From positions 32,001 through 96,000 of IMG/VR virus record IMGVR_UViG_3300013121_000047: a stretch of DNA of 64,000 nucleotides; one strand, 5' to 3'. Under the pieces are notes generated by a model. That model was not told the DNA's origin, ran no database searches, and was given only the letters and a program-made list of their open reading frames with translations. Position 1 is the stretch's first letter. The number at the start of each line of letters is the position of its first letter. This stretch comes from a virus (lineage: Duplodnaviria; Caudoviricetes). Made by a program: the position numbers and the translations under genes. This document shows, one piece after another, positions 7,624 to 18,404 of this stretch.

Positions 7624-9525
7624 TTATATGACGTTCATGTCGAGAACTGTTATTACGCTGTAGAAGGATGGATTTACCATTTTCATCCCGTTACGGGTCA
7701 TTAGACCTCTACGTGGTGTAAAGTGTTCGGTATCATAAACTGTTGGTGTGAGAACCAATGGAATATAAGGAGCGAACACGAAACCTGATTCAAGGAATCC
7801 TGATCCTTTGAGACCGATGAGGATTTTGTTACGTGGGAAGTATGGATCGCGGTAAACAGTGAAACGACCAGCGATTGTTCCAACTGATTCTGCACCGACA
7901 CTCATTTGATCTGAAACTTGGCCATTTCCGTCAACTTTGTAGTTGGCTTTGTAACCTTGTGTCGCTTCAAGAATTGTGCTTACATCTGGGCCACAAACAA
8001 TGAAGTTACCTGAGCCGCGAAGTGTTTTGCGGTGAATTTCATTTGAGCAGTCGATGATTGTTTCGATGAGTGTTTCGTACCATTCTCTAACAGTTCCAGT
8101 GAATGCTGGACCCGCTGCGAGAGAGGCAGAACGTAATACTTCAGAACCTGTTTGTTTGTTAACGAATTTACCTGGAGCTCTTGACCAGTAGTATCTCGCG
8201 GCTTTCGCTTCGAGAAGTAATTGGTTAAGAATTTCGCGGTCGATTTCGAGAGTAACCATTTCTGAAATGATGTTGGTTAATTCAGCTTCAACATCCATTG
8301 AATAAAACGCGGACAAATCCTGTGCCATCTCAGGACTCCAGCGAGCGCGAAGTTTTCTTGCTTGCGCTGTAACAGCTGTTGATTCAATTTTGATTTCAAC
8401 TTCTGGAATCGCTGGTGTTGGTGGTGTTGCGAAATCAGATTCAAATGGAGAAAGTGTAAGTGCACTTCCATCTGTGTTAACAGTAAGAGAGTCACCAATT
8501 GCAGCAGACATTGTTACTGGACCTGCTGGTACTGCACCTGTATTACTTACAGCAACAACGAAAAGTACGTGTGTACCATTCAAGTGATCTGGTGTAAATG
8601 TTGAGGTAAGGTAGTTCCAGTTACCGCGTTGGTTAAGTTTACGGAGGTTTTTAACTGATTGGCCACCTTGGTAGGTAGAATCCCAGTTGGCAACGCCGTT
8701 AGCTGTTGTGAAACCAACGATAGCAAGTTGATCTACCGCACGAAGGTCAGCTCCTGGAATCTTTGTGAGAACTTCAGAAGATGAAACGAAGGCAAAGCAG
8801 TAGTCAAGGGCCGCGTTTTCAACATCTGTTGAGATTTTAGAATCATAGTCGATCCAACGAGCATTTAATCCAGTAACTTCCGCCGCTGTTGCAACTGTAT
8901 CTGCTGCTGTCCAAGAAGTACCTGATGCACCGAATGCACCGATGTCTGGAACAACTACAGTTGTTGCTGACTTGTGAACTTTTGAGAAACCAGTGTTTAC
9001 GTTATCATACATACCACCCGCCGCGTTTGTTCCGCTACGAATATCGGCACCTGATGGTGAACCGAAAAGTGATTGTCCTTTTTTGTATGTAGAGGCTGTG
9101 GCCGCATCACTTAAGCTTAAACCAGCTGTTCCACCAACGTTAGAACCATATGAGTAATCCATGTAGAAGATAAGTCCTGATGGAAGGCTCATTGGTTGAA
9201 CTGAAACTAATTCATTGGAAATTAATCCAGCGAAAAGTCTACGAACGATTGGGAACGCGATGGAAATAAAACCAGCAACCTGACCACTAGAAGCGAGTCC
9301 TGCTCCGCCTAATGAAAGCGCATTCGCTTCCATAAGAACTTGTGGGTTACGGATCATTTCAGCCGCTTGGTTTTCGAGCAAGCGCGCCATTTTTTGTTTC
9401 GCACCTTTGCTATTAAAACCGTCGAGTAAACCGTAATTGGCCCACTTATCGACTAAACGATCGTCCATTCCACGATTTGGATTAAGTTCTAAACCTTCTG
9501 ATAATTGTTGTAATGTAAAAGACAT
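7624..9525 (-). CDS. Major capsid protein, T4 gp23-like
   Basis: LLENQ, PIVRR, VSVQPMSLPSGLIFY, ARKLRARWSPEMAQDL, EIDREIL, FAPYIPL, FTPRRGLMTR motifs; LME/A maturation site at residue 66. Confidence 0.97.
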   Translation of the reverse strand: MSFTLQQLSEGLELNPNRGMDDRLVDKWANYGLLDGFNSKGAKQKMARLLENQAAEMIRNPQVLMEANALSLGGAGLASSGQVAGFISIAFPIVRRLFAGLISNELVSVQPMSLPSGLIFYMDYSYGSNVGGTAGLSLSDAATASTYKKGQSLFGSPSGADIRSGTNAAGGMYDNVNTGFSKVHKSATTVVVPDIGAFGASGTSWTAADTVATAAEVTGLNARWIDYDSKISTDVENAALDYCFAFVSSSEVLTKIPGADLRAVDQLAIVGFTTANGVANWDSTYQGGQSVKNLRKLNQRGNWNYLTSTFTPDHLNGTHVLFVVAVSNTGAVPAGPVTMSAAIGDSLTVNTDGSALTLSPFESDFATPPTPAIPEVEIKIESTAVTAQARKLRARWSPEMAQDLSAFYSMDVEAELTNIISEMVTLEIDREILNQLLLEAKAARYYWSRAPGKFVNKQTGSEVLRSASLAAGPAFTGTVREWYETLIETIIDCSNEIHRKTLRGSGNFIVCGPDVSTILEATQGYKANYKVDGNGQVSDQMSVGAESVGTIAGRFTVYRDPYFPRNKILIGLKGSGFLESGFVFAPYIPLVLTPTVYDTEHFTPRRGLMTRNGMKMVNPSFYSVITVLDMNVI

Positions 9526-9571
9526 AATTTATATTTTTCTCCGAGTATCTATATTACTATTTAGTGTCCAA

Positions 9572-11524
9572 TTAGCCATTTTTCTTGTTAGCTACTAATT
9601 CTCTAAATCTGTCTGCTGAACCGATCACAATTTTATCAGCCGCTGTTCCAGGTTTAACTGGTTTGCGAGAGACTGATTCATTAAGAGAATCAGTTTTTTT
9701 CTCTGTTTTTTTAGCAGCTTCTGCTTTCGCTTCGCTTAATTGTTTTTTAATTCTACCATAAATACGTTTTGCATCTTCAGGATTTTTTGCTCTATCAATA
9801 TATTCAACAACTAATTCTTTTTGTTTCTTTGATAGTCCGTCATAGTTTGCGAAAACTCTATTTATGTATAAAGAACGTGCCGCAACAGTTTCTAACTCTT
9901 TGGCATATTCTTTGAGAGATTTGACTTGTTTTGATTCTTGAAGACTTGATGGGGTTTCTTCTGGTGTTTTGGTTTCATCCATATCCCAATCTTCATCCAT
10001 CGATTCATCTTCGTCCATAACAATTTCAAACATATCTTCTTCATTGAGATCTTCATCACCTGAAGAAAGAGTCATGTCATCTTCGTCTCCGTCAGAATCT
10101 ACAAGATCAACTTTTGATCCCATATCTGAATCGGCTCCGTCAACTTTTCCATCTGTTGTAATTGTTATTGTAGTTTGTCCGCTAGAACCTTCCATACCAC
10201 CGCATTCGTCCATTTCTTTTTGGGCAGCGGCAAGTTGTTCCTTAAGTTTTTTAACTTTTTTGAAAGCTTCAACTTTTTTAGCTTTTTTCGCGGCTTTGTC
10301 ATCTTTTTTGGAAACTTTTTTACTTTCCATCACTGAACTTTCGCCAGCGCCAAGCATTTCATCCATTTCTTTTTCAAGAGCAGCAATTTCTTCATCGAGA
10401 CTTGAATCAGAATCTGAAGATTCTACTTCTTCTGTAGCGTCTTCTTTCAAAAGTGATTCGTCTTCTTTCGCCTTGTGTTTAAAAGGAGCTTGTTTACCTC
10501 TTTCGGGGTCTTCTAATTTTGGTTTCGAAGCAGCAGCCGCACCTTTTCCTGCTTTATCAGCAGCTTTATCTAATGCGTCGAGCGGTTCAGAAACTTTTTC
10601 TACCGTGCCATCATCTCCGAATCCTGTTTCTAAAGATTCGAGAAGGCCATTTAAAAATGATCTTGTTTTTGGATGAACTTTCATTATGTGATTTCCTTCA
10701 GTAATTTTTTGAGTTCTGTGATAACTATTGTACAATTTTTCAGAATTCTGAATTAACTTATAAAGATTTTCCATTTTTAATGATAAAACATCAAAAGATG
10801 TCTCTCTAATCTCTTTTAAATCTTTCATGTTTTCTAATTCAGAATAAGTTTCAAGCAACTTATAAGAAAAGTCAGAAACTTCTTTTAATCCAATTTTTTT
10901 AGAAATAAACATATTGGCATATTCATTTTCCAATACACCAATTTTGTCTCTGGCTTCTTGAAGTTTTTCTGGATTAAATTTTTCAGCAGGTTGAGTTTCA
11001 GGAACAGTTTCTGTTGGTGCTGGTTGTTCAACAGGAGTAACTCCTACTTTTTCCTCTGGTTGCGCAGGAGGGATTTCCGCAGATCCAACTTCAGGTGTTT
11101 CTAATGGTGGCGTACTTTCTGGTGCTTGAACTGGTGTTTGTGTTGGTTGTGGTAATCCACTTGGACTTGAAAAAAGTGATTCAAACGAAACAATTACTTT
11201 TCCGTCAGCGTCTGGTATTGGCATCGTTGCATTTCCGCCAACTGGTGTTATTGGAGCACTGAAACTAGTATCAACTGGTTCTGCTGATTTTTCAGCAGGT
11301 ATTTCAGATTTCTCTGCTGAATCTGTTGGTGGTTGCTCTTGCGAAGCCCCCAAATCTAGTGACTCAGGTTCATCTTGTTCAAATAGAAAACCTTCAATTT
11401 CTTGCTCAACCATTTTTTCAATATATGGTTTGTATTTTTTTAATACATCTGTTTCGACTTCTTGTCTTAAAACCTCTTTTAGTTTTTTACTGTCCGCAAT
11501 AGCTTGTTCGTAAAGTTTTGACAT
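9572..11524 (-). CDS. Prohead core/scaffold protein
   Basis: Immediately upstream of MCP; acidic, low-complexity, coiled-coil; many (L/I)-x-E protease sites (LFE, LQE, LLE, LKE, LNE, LSE). Confidence 0.75.
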   Translation of the reverse strand: MSKLYEQAIADSKKLKEVLRQEVETDVLKKYKPYIEKMVEQEIEGFLFEQDEPESLDLGASQEQPPTDSAEKSEIPAEKSAEPVDTSFSAPITPVGGNATMPIPDADGKVIVSFESLFSSPSGLPQPTQTPVQAPESTPPLETPEVGSAEIPPAQPEEKVGVTPVEQPAPTETVPETQPAEKFNPEKLQEARDKIGVLENEYANMFISKKIGLKEVSDFSYKLLETYSELENMKDLKEIRETSFDVLSLKMENLYKLIQNSEKLYNSYHRTQKITEGNHIMKVHPKTRSFLNGLLESLETGFGDDGTVEKVSEPLDALDKAADKAGKGAAAASKPKLEDPERGKQAPFKHKAKEDESLLKEDATEEVESSDSDSSLDEEIAALEKEMDEMLGAGESSVMESKKVSKKDDKAAKKAKKVEAFKKVKKLKEQLAAAQKEMDECGGMEGSSGQTTITITTDGKVDGADSDMGSKVDLVDSDGDEDDMTLSSGDEDLNEEDMFEIVMDEDESMDEDWDMDETKTPEETPSSLQESKQVKSLKEYAKELETVAARSLYINRVFANYDGLSKKQKELVVEYIDRAKNPEDAKRIYGRIKKQLSEAKAEAAKKTEKKTDSLNESVSRKPVKPGTAADKIVIGSADRFRELVANKKNG

Positions 11525-11577
11525 TTAAATTCCCTTCTAACTACTTTATAATTTTTAATTATTCTTTGAAATTAAAA

Positions 11578-11605
11578 AGCTCATACAGATATAACCATAT
11601 GAGCT
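11578..11605 (-). terminator. Possible weak terminator/hairpin
   Basis: AGCTCATA-N12-TATGAGCT inverted repeat followed by TTTT on the minus strand. Confidence 0.4.
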
Positions 11606-11634
11606 CTTAATTTTGAGAGTTTAAAATAAGAAAA

Positions 11635-12141
11635 TTATTCGTCTCTATTAATGAATGTGTTTCCAGAACCATTTCCTGGCCCATTTGTTTCACCTGGAGG
11701 TGGCGCAACATATTTTGCGACGTGTGGAGATACTAATCCATTTCCAATGAAAGCACCGCGACTTCTAGATTTTATTCTAATTGTTGCTTCTCTTCCTGCC
11801 TCTGGAGTTGTTCTAGGATCAAATGGAACAACTGGGTTTGCTATGTTTGGGGCAAATGGTGTTGCTGGCTTGCCAGCTCCACCAACTTCAACTTCGTCAA
11901 AGTTAGGTGTTCCACTGTATTTTCTATCAACTAATCCAAACATATATCCACCATCGTTGATAAAGTCTCCTTCTAATTCAGGTGGAGCATAAAAAGAATT
12001 TTTAATTGCTTCATCTGTTAATTCTCCATTATATAGTGGAGAAGCTGCAAAAACAATTTTTGCAGCTGTTGTATCGGCTGCACCAGCTCCAAAGGTTGTT
12101 GCTGGTACTTCTCCCAAATATCCTGGTTTAATTCTTGGCAT
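11635..12141 (-). CDS. Hypothetical Pro/Gly-rich head-module protein
   Basis: 168 aa, AGGA RBS, lies between protease and scaffold genes. Confidence 0.65.
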   Translation of the reverse strand: MPRIKPGYLGEVPATTFGAGAADTTAAKIVFAASPLYNGELTDEAIKNSFYAPPELEGDFINDGGYMFGLVDRKYSGTPNFDEVEVGGAGKPATPFAPNIANPVVPFDPRTTPEAGREATIRIKSRSRGAFIGNGLVSPHVAKYVAPPPGETNGPGNGSGNTFINRDE

Positions 12142-12157
12142 TTTTTATTTCCTAATA

Positions 12158-12709
12158 TTAACTATTATCTAATGTGTTTTTTAATGGATGTTTAAATGCT
12201 ATTTTTGCAAGAGGGTGCATTTGCTGTTGTGGAGCTTGAGTTTGTTGAGGAATTCCAGTTCCATATGGAATATATCCTTGTGGTGGAGCTTGAACTGGGT
12301 AACTCATTTCGTTTCCTGTGTATCCAATTTGTTGATTTCCATTGTTTGCTACTGCGGTAAAAGCAGGATGCCCTGTTCCTTGGCCAAAAAATGGTTGTCT
12401 TTGGTTCATTTCCATGCTCATCTGTTGAGGATTTGTTACTTTGGCGGTATCAGCAAAAATAGCCTCTAAAACATTTTTCTTTGCTGGGTCGTTCCCCGCT
12501 ACAGCACTCGCTAAAGTAGAAATATGGTTTGTTACATTTGGGTCTAATCCATATTTTCCTTGTGCTTGATTTTGCACAGTTCCAGGAATTGCACCAGCAT
12601 TAAACACACTAGCAAGTTCACCATTCGCAACCATCTCCTTAATCAACTCTTTTATCATGTTTTTCAATTCAGCACGGCGCAGTATCACTTTATTTTCTTT
12701 TATATCCAT
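12158..12709 (-). CDS. Hypothetical Gln-rich head-module protein
   Basis: N-terminal ELKNMIKELIKE motif; Q/P-rich C-terminus. Confidence 0.65.
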   Translation of the reverse strand: MDIKENKVILRRAELKNMIKELIKEMVANGELASVFNAGAIPGTVQNQAQGKYGLDPNVTNHISTLASAVAGNDPAKKNVLEAIFADTAKVTNPQQMSMEMNQRQPFFGQGTGHPAFTAVANNGNQQIGYTGNEMSYPVQAPPQGYIPYGTGIPQQTQAPQQQMHPLAKIAFKHPLKNTLDNS

Positions 12710-12710
12710 C

Positions 12711-13430
12711 TTATTCTTCCTTTTTGTTAATCTTTTTTGCCATCTCTAAAAGAGTATTGTAATGAGAATTTTTAATTTTTTTATTTTCGTTCATTGAAAT
12801 TTGAAAATCTTTTGATTTTAAATTTTTAGATTTTTGCGTTGGTGTATTAATCTTATCTTCCATAAAAGCTTTTGGTGTAGAAGGTTCTGTAACAATATCC
12901 CAACAAATGATATGTAAATCATTCCCTACAACATCAGCGACGATTCCTTCTGGAAGTGTTTGTCGATTTACTGATCCCATCGCTCTAGAAGAAATCCCAA
13001 TTTTTCCTCCTGTTTTTAGCGCACCTCGTATTTTTTTATCTTCTTCTGTTCCAGGGAAAATAACAATTTCACCATAAACAATATCTTCTTCGAGCCAAAT
13101 TTTTCTAAACCTAAATGCAGCGTGCTTGAATTCGACAACTTCACTATCTTTATGATCTAATTCACCGTAAGCCATTCCAGTTTCAACTTTAGTTTTTATA
13201 TAGTGTTCAAGTTGAGGAACCAAAACATTTCTTGGATATACCCTTCCATTTTGATTTAAAGTATTACAACGTTGAATAATTCCAGATAAAACTAAAGCTT
13301 CGTTATATGAATCTAAATTGGATGCATCCAAACTTTCGTTTAGGGAAGTTTTTGCATTTTTTAAATCAAAAACAAAATTTTCTTTTAAAAGAATTTTCTT
13401 GATTTTTTTTTGAGTATTTTCTTTTTTCAT
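12711..13430 (-). CDS. Prohead protease, T4 gp21-like
   Basis: NQNGRVYP, GELDH, GISSRAMGS, WDIVTEPSTPKA motifs. Confidence 0.95.
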   Translation of the reverse strand: MKKENTQKKIKKILLKENFVFDLKNAKTSLNESLDASNLDSYNEALVLSGIIQRCNTLNQNGRVYPRNVLVPQLEHYIKTKVETGMAYGELDHKDSEVVEFKHAAFRFRKIWLEEDIVYGEIVIFPGTEEDKKIRGALKTGGKIGISSRAMGSVNRQTLPEGIVADVVGNDLHIICWDIVTEPSTPKAFMEDKINTPTQKSKNLKSKDFQISMNENKKIKNSHYNTLLEMAKKINKKEE

Positions 13431-14266
13431 TCTTTAACCTCGCCGCGATCTGCTCTTAAAATATCCAATACTCCTATGAAAAATGTGCAATGACTATCAC
13501 AAGGAACAGGATCTAATGACTTTATTTCTTCTAAAAGTTCTTTATAATTTTTCTTATTTCCTATTTCTAAAATAACTTTTTCTTTAACGTTTATCAAAAG
13601 CTTAGAAAGATTTTCTTTGTCATCTATGATAAAGGCATTTAAAATATTTTTCTGATCTTCATTTAGAAATTTAGAATATTTTTCTTCAAACTTTTGGTGC
13701 ATAATTTTAGCTATAAGCTTACTATCTTTTTTAATATCTTCCTGTAAGTTAATAGGTTTTAAAACTACATTATTTTTAGATGGTGATGTTAAAAACGAAA
13801 TTAAGTTATCTTCAAGAAAAAGTGTATTAAACTTTGTTTCACTTAAAGTACCATGCCAACTGTTTAACAGTGTTTGTATCGTTGCAATTTCTTTATAGTT
13901 CTCAATATACTGATTAAAAAATAACCCGTCTTTATTTATTTGTTTGTTTATTTCATGTATAAGATTGGTTTTTTCATTTTCAAGTTTTGAGCTATTAAGT
14001 TTTTGAGTTTCTTTTTTTATCTCATCAACAAAACGTAAAGCTATTTCTTTCGAAACAAAAGAAGAGTTTAGTATTTTTTTAAATAAAAAAAGTTCTTTTT
14101 TTATTTCACTTTGTTGATTAAAATTTTCTTTAATTATTTTTTTTATTAAAGAAATTTCATTAACATTATTGTTGATTGTTGCCTTTGTTAGTTTTTGAAC
14201 TAAAAAGTCATAGACTAGTCCAACATTTCTTTTTTTGTTGTGTGGTACTTTAGTGTCTAAATTCAT
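13427..14266 (-). CDS. Hypothetical head-assembly protein between portal and protease
   Basis: 279 aa helical protein, HNKKRNVGLVYDFL N-terminus, gene position. Confidence 0.6.
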   Translation of the reverse strand: MNLDTKVPHNKKRNVGLVYDFLVQKLTKATINNNVNEISLIKKIIKENFNQQSEIKKELFLFKKILNSSFVSKEIALRFVDEIKKETQKLNSSKLENEKTNLIHEINKQINKDGLFFNQYIENYKEIATIQTLLNSWHGTLSETKFNTLFLEDNLISFLTSPSKNNVVLKPINLQEDIKKDSKLIAKIMHQKFEEKYSKFLNEDQKNILNAFIIDDKENLSKLLINVKEKVILEIGNKKNYKELLEEIKSLDPVPCDSHCTFFIGVLDILRADRGEVKE

Positions 14267-14326
14267 TTTTAACCTTATATCGATATTTAACTATTAGATT
14301 GGTAATCGTTTTTAAAAGTAATATAC

Positions 14327-16405
14327 TTATCCTTCTTCATTTGTTGTAATATTTTTACTTATTAGTCCATAAAATGGTTTAAAGTCACTTTTTTCTTTTT
14401 CAATCTCAATCTCAATTTCCGATTCCTCAACTTCTTGTTTTTGTTTTGATTCTAAAAGAAATTTTTTGTAGTTTTTTAATGAAGAAACAACTTCTTTGTA
14501 AATGCCACTATTTGGAATTTTATTTTGAGCACTGTCTTTAAAACTTTCTTTAATAAGAGAAGTATAATGTTCATCTACTTCCTTCAATGTTTCAAAATTT
14601 GTTTTCTGTGATGTTATCATATTCATTCCAAAATAAGGATTTATAATTTGTTTATTAAAATTTGATGTTTTAATAAGTGATGGAAATAATTTCGACGGAA
14701 CTGAGTAGTTTGGATTTACAGGCATTTTCTCATTTGGTAAATTTACTTTTACAACCTCAGATTCTTCTACATCAATTTGAGGAACACGATTTAAATCTGT
14801 TGCTAAAGTTTCCTGATTTTGTATTTCTGCTGGTGGAGTTTGCATTAAACGACCATTTCCTCCTGGGACATCATAATTCGATGGATCAAATTGATCAGGT
14901 TCTTGTCCAGGTTGTGTTTGAATTGGTTGTAGTGCTTCGAAAGTTTTATTTCTAATAGTATCTTGTTCTCTACCTAAACGTATCCTTATAATATCTGCAT
15001 CATTAAATCCAAAAATTTCTTTTTGAATGACCTCTTCATCTACATGTGGTAAATCTTTTGCTTTTCCTGCAATGTCAAGTTTCTTTTCCCAAAGTTCAAG
15101 TTTCTGTAGAACTGCTGCCGTGCTAGGATTTGTTAGTTTTAAGTTGAAATTGACTAGATCTTCGCCGTCGAAACCCTTGGCGTAAAGGTGTATAGTTGCC
15201 ATTCGTTTCAATTCCGCGATTATTATTCGTTGAATTACAGAGACAGTTTTTGAAAACCTTATATCTTGTGCAGATAAGTTATTTTTACCTACAGCTTCAT
15301 CGTATCCTAAAAAGGCGCGTGGCATTTTCAGTGCTGCCGTTAGTTGTTTGTGAACGAAAGCAATATCATCGACTGCCGTTTGATGTGTAGCCCCTTCCAA
15401 AGTTTCAACTTTTGTTAAAGAGTCTCTTCTAATCGGAATAAAATAATTTTCTAACATGGAAGAAGGATTCCATCTATAATCTTGTCTTCCGTCATTATTA
15501 GAAACAATACTTTTTGCGTTAAAAGATTCTTCCACTTTTTTCATAAATGGATCTACAGCATTTGGATTTATCCCAGTAATGTCAATAAAAAATAATCTCC
15601 TAGCTGGGGATCTTACAATTCTATATGTTAACATCGCATCAATTAACATCATAAGAACTCGATACGGTCTTCTTGCGCCATCCAACCAACTTGTTCCATG
15701 TGGTCTATACGCATCATTTGCAAGTAATCGAAAATTTGCAACTTGAAAATTTTCTAAGTATGATGAATTCTGAGAAGAAGGATTTTGAATATTTGGGGTA
15801 GTAATTTTATACCTAACTGCATGTGGATCATTTTTATCAAATTTCTCTTGACGCTCACAATCTGGTGCTGGAATTTGCTCTATGTTTATAATTCCTTCTC
15901 TTTCTCTAACATCCAAAAACAAGAAGAAATCTCCGAATTTTAACATACTTCTGACCCAATATCTTAAGTCAGAATTTAATTTACAAACATCGAAAAATAA
16001 TTCTTCTAAACTTTTTCTAATTTCAATTGAATCTGTTTCTATGTGTAACATTTGATCATTTTGATCAACGGCACAAATTTCATCGGCCAAACCATCAAGA
16101 GCTGTACCACACTCAGATGATTGAGCATCCATGTCAATATATTCTCTATAACGATAAATTCTATCATAAACCCCAAAGTAACCCATACCAACAAATCCAG
16201 AATAACTGTGGCGATATGCATTATAACTTGGATAACCTATATTTCCGTGCAAAGCAAGTTCTTGTGGTGTTGCTAAATTTGTATAATCCAATCCTTTTAT
16301 CTTTCGATTAATATTAACACCAGAACGAAAAAGATTTGTTACTCTTTTGTAAAAATCTAAAGTTCTTTTTATTGCATCGTCGTTATTTTCTTTTGAATCT
16401 GACAT
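14327..16405 (-). CDS. Portal protein, T4 gp20-like
   Basis: YRIVRSPARRLFFID, MLENYFIP, ETLEG, DDIAFVHKQL, ALKMP, DIRFSK motifs. Confidence 0.95.
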   Translation of the reverse strand: MSDSKENNDDAIKRTLDFYKRVTNLFRSGVNINRKIKGLDYTNLATPQELALHGNIGYPSYNAYRHSYSGFVGMGYFGVYDRIYRYREYIDMDAQSSECGTALDGLADEICAVDQNDQMLHIETDSIEIRKSLEELFFDVCKLNSDLRYWVRSMLKFGDFFLFLDVREREGIINIEQIPAPDCERQEKFDKNDPHAVRYKITTPNIQNPSSQNSSYLENFQVANFRLLANDAYRPHGTSWLDGARRPYRVLMMLIDAMLTYRIVRSPARRLFFIDITGINPNAVDPFMKKVEESFNAKSIVSNNDGRQDYRWNPSSMLENYFIPIRRDSLTKVETLEGATHQTAVDDIAFVHKQLTAALKMPRAFLGYDEAVGKNNLSAQDIRFSKTVSVIQRIIIAELKRMATIHLYAKGFDGEDLVNFNLKLTNPSTAAVLQKLELWEKKLDIAGKAKDLPHVDEEVIQKEIFGFNDADIIRIRLGREQDTIRNKTFEALQPIQTQPGQEPDQFDPSNYDVPGGNGRLMQTPPAEIQNQETLATDLNRVPQIDVEESEVVKVNLPNEKMPVNPNYSVPSKLFPSLIKTSNFNKQIINPYFGMNMITSQKTNFETLKEVDEHYTSLIKESFKDSAQNKIPNSGIYKEVVSSLKNYKKFLLESKQKQEVEESEIEIEIEKEKSDFKPFYGLISKNITTNEEG

Positions 16406-16439
16406 TTTATCTTAATAAATATTTAATATTAAACAAAAA

Positions 16440-16970
16440 ATGTTAAATTGTACCAGTTTGTTAACCTTGGAGCCGAAATATTGTGATGATGAAATTCAAA
16501 TAGAAATTAAAAAGGCTATACAGGTTTGTAATCTTTTTGTAGAGGAAAAAAATCAAAACTGGCTTCATTTTCGTTGGGTAATTTGGGAAGAAATTTGTAG
16601 ACTTATGCCAATAAAAACAAAACAGCCCATTTGGCCATTTGGTAAATTAGTTTACTACAATAAACGTTTTATTTTTGGTGACTTAGATATTTGGTTAGCC
16701 CATTATTGGAATAAATTAAATGGCGGTATTCTATGGATAGAAAACTCATATTTAAAAGAATACAAATATAAGCCAAAAAAAATACCAAAGATGTCGAAAA
16801 TAAAAAAAACAAAACAGAAAAAGACATTTTCTACATTTAATAATTTTTTACATTCAAAAGACTATACTGCAGCCAAATATTTATATTTGTTAAAAGAAGA
16901 AAAAAAATATGCAAAAGAAAAATCTAAGAAATCCAAAAAAAGAAAATCTAAAAATGATAAAATTATATAA
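16440..16970 (+). CDS. Hypothetical protein
   Basis: 176 aa, Trp-rich core and basic C-terminus; divergent from the portal gene. Confidence 0.55.
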   Translation: MLNCTSLLTLEPKYCDDEIQIEIKKAIQVCNLFVEEKNQNWLHFRWVIWEEICRLMPIKTKQPIWPFGKLVYYNKRFIFGDLDIWLAHYWNKLNGGILWIENSYLKEYKYKPKKIPKMSKIKKTKQKKTFSTFNNFLHSKDYTAAKYLYLLKEEKKYAKEKSKKSKKRKSKNDKII

Positions 16971-18105
16971 TTTTATTTTTGAAGAATATGGCGACGATAT
17001 TGGAGGAGGAGGCTATTCAGATTTTTCAGCATATGGTTCAATTGGAGGTGGAGGTGTTGATATTTTTAAAAAAACATTTGTCGACCCATTTTTTGACATT
17101 TTCAAAACAGGTCAATATGCAGTAGAAAAGGCAACATCTTCAATTTTTTATTTTGCAAAAAAATTACTAGTTAATTTTCCAAGATTATTTTCACCTTCTA
17201 AGCCTCTTATATTTGATGAAATTAGAGACCAAGAAAAAGCTGCCTTTGCTAGAATGGACAAACGATATTCAGAAATTTTACAAAGAAATGCTGAAGCTCT
17301 TGAAAATAAAGATTTTAAATTAATTTTATTCTTATTGAATCCTAAAGCTGCTCTTGGTATGAAACTATTACAAAAATCGCCAAAAGCAGCATTCAATATA
17401 TTGAATACTTTTTCTGGTAACAAGTTACAGGACTTGATTTCGGACATTAAATCGGCATATTACGCTCTTCCAGCAGTACAAAGAAGAAATCTGCGTGTTC
17501 AAAAATATATTGAAAAATACAAAGAAGATGACGAAAAAAACAAAAAACATTTGCCAAAATCAACTGTTCCTGATGGTGCTGGTTATATGAGTTACGGAGC
17601 AGATTATCGCTATTCAACAAATAACGGAAACGAGGATTTTGTTCAAGAAAATGCGGAAAATTATGAACCAACAGAAAAAGATTTTCTTGAAGCAGGTTTG
17701 TTGTATTTAGAAAAAAATCCACAGAAAAAAGCGGAATTGTTTGGAGATGTCATAAACCAAATACAACCTATTGGAAATCAATTATTTGAATCGCTAATAG
17801 CTAAATTTCAACAAGTGAAAAACGCATCCTCATTAGAAGATTATTCTAAAATAACTGGTGCTAATTTATCTGTTGCAAAACAAGAAATGGATAAAATTAT
17901 AAACGAAGAGTTACAAAAACAAAAAGACGTTGACAAACAAAAGGTTGCAGATGCATATAAAAAAATGAAATCAATAATTGAACCACAACTTCTTGATTCA
18001 TTAAAATCTGATTATTTTTCTAATTTAAGTCAAACTATTAAACCAATAGTAAGTTCGCTTACCCCAGAACAACAACAAAAAATAAAAGAATTGTTTACAA
18101 AATAA
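16954..18105 (+). CDS. Hypothetical protein, putative internal head protein
   Basis: Probable start MIKLYNFIFEE at 16954; helical body. Confidence 0.65.
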   Translation: MIKLYNFIFEEYGDDIGGGGYSDFSAYGSIGGGGVDIFKKTFVDPFFDIFKTGQYAVEKATSSIFYFAKKLLVNFPRLFSPSKPLIFDEIRDQEKAAFARMDKRYSEILQRNAEALENKDFKLILFLLNPKAALGMKLLQKSPKAAFNILNTFSGNKLQDLISDIKSAYYALPAVQRRNLRVQKYIEKYKEDDEKNKKHLPKSTVPDGAGYMSYGADYRYSTNNGNEDFVQENAENYEPTEKDFLEAGLLYLEKNPQKKAELFGDVINQIQPIGNQLFESLIAKFQQVKNASSLEDYSKITGANLSVAKQEMDKIINEELQKQKDVDKQKVADAYKKMKSIIEPQLLDSLKSDYFSNLSQTIKPIVSSLTPEQQQKIKELFTK

Positions 18106-18134
18106 TTTTTCTTTCATATTATTTGTTCTATAAT

Positions 18135-18404
18135 ATGAAAGAAAACACACAAGGGGTTGATTCACAACCGTCATCTGTAACAGAACTCGAACCATTAGTA
18201 AAAGAATTTATTTCAGAACTAAAGCGTATTGATTCTGAAATTGAAATTTTAACAATTGATCGAAAAGAACTTTTTGAGAAATATTCTGAAAAAATTGATG
18301 TGAAAACGTTAAAGCAAGCAATGCGTGTACAAGCTATTAGAGATAAAGTATCACGAAAAGATACGTTTGATACCTTTGTATCCATATTAGAAGGAGATAT
18401 ATAA
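18135..18404 (+). CDS. DsbA(T4)/GapR-like dsDNA-binding protein
   Basis: LVKEFISELKRIDSEIE...DRKELFE...IDVKTLKQAMR coiled-coil pattern; probable start MKENTQ. Confidence 0.65.
   Translation: MKENTQGVDSQPSSVTELEPLVKEFISELKRIDSEIEILTIDRKELFEKYSEKIDVKTLKQAMRVQAIRDKVSRKDTFDTFVSILEGDI

Noticed and set aside
9969-10676. 235 aa Ser-rich + strand ORF
   Set aside because: Antisense shadow of the Glu/Asp-rich scaffold gene
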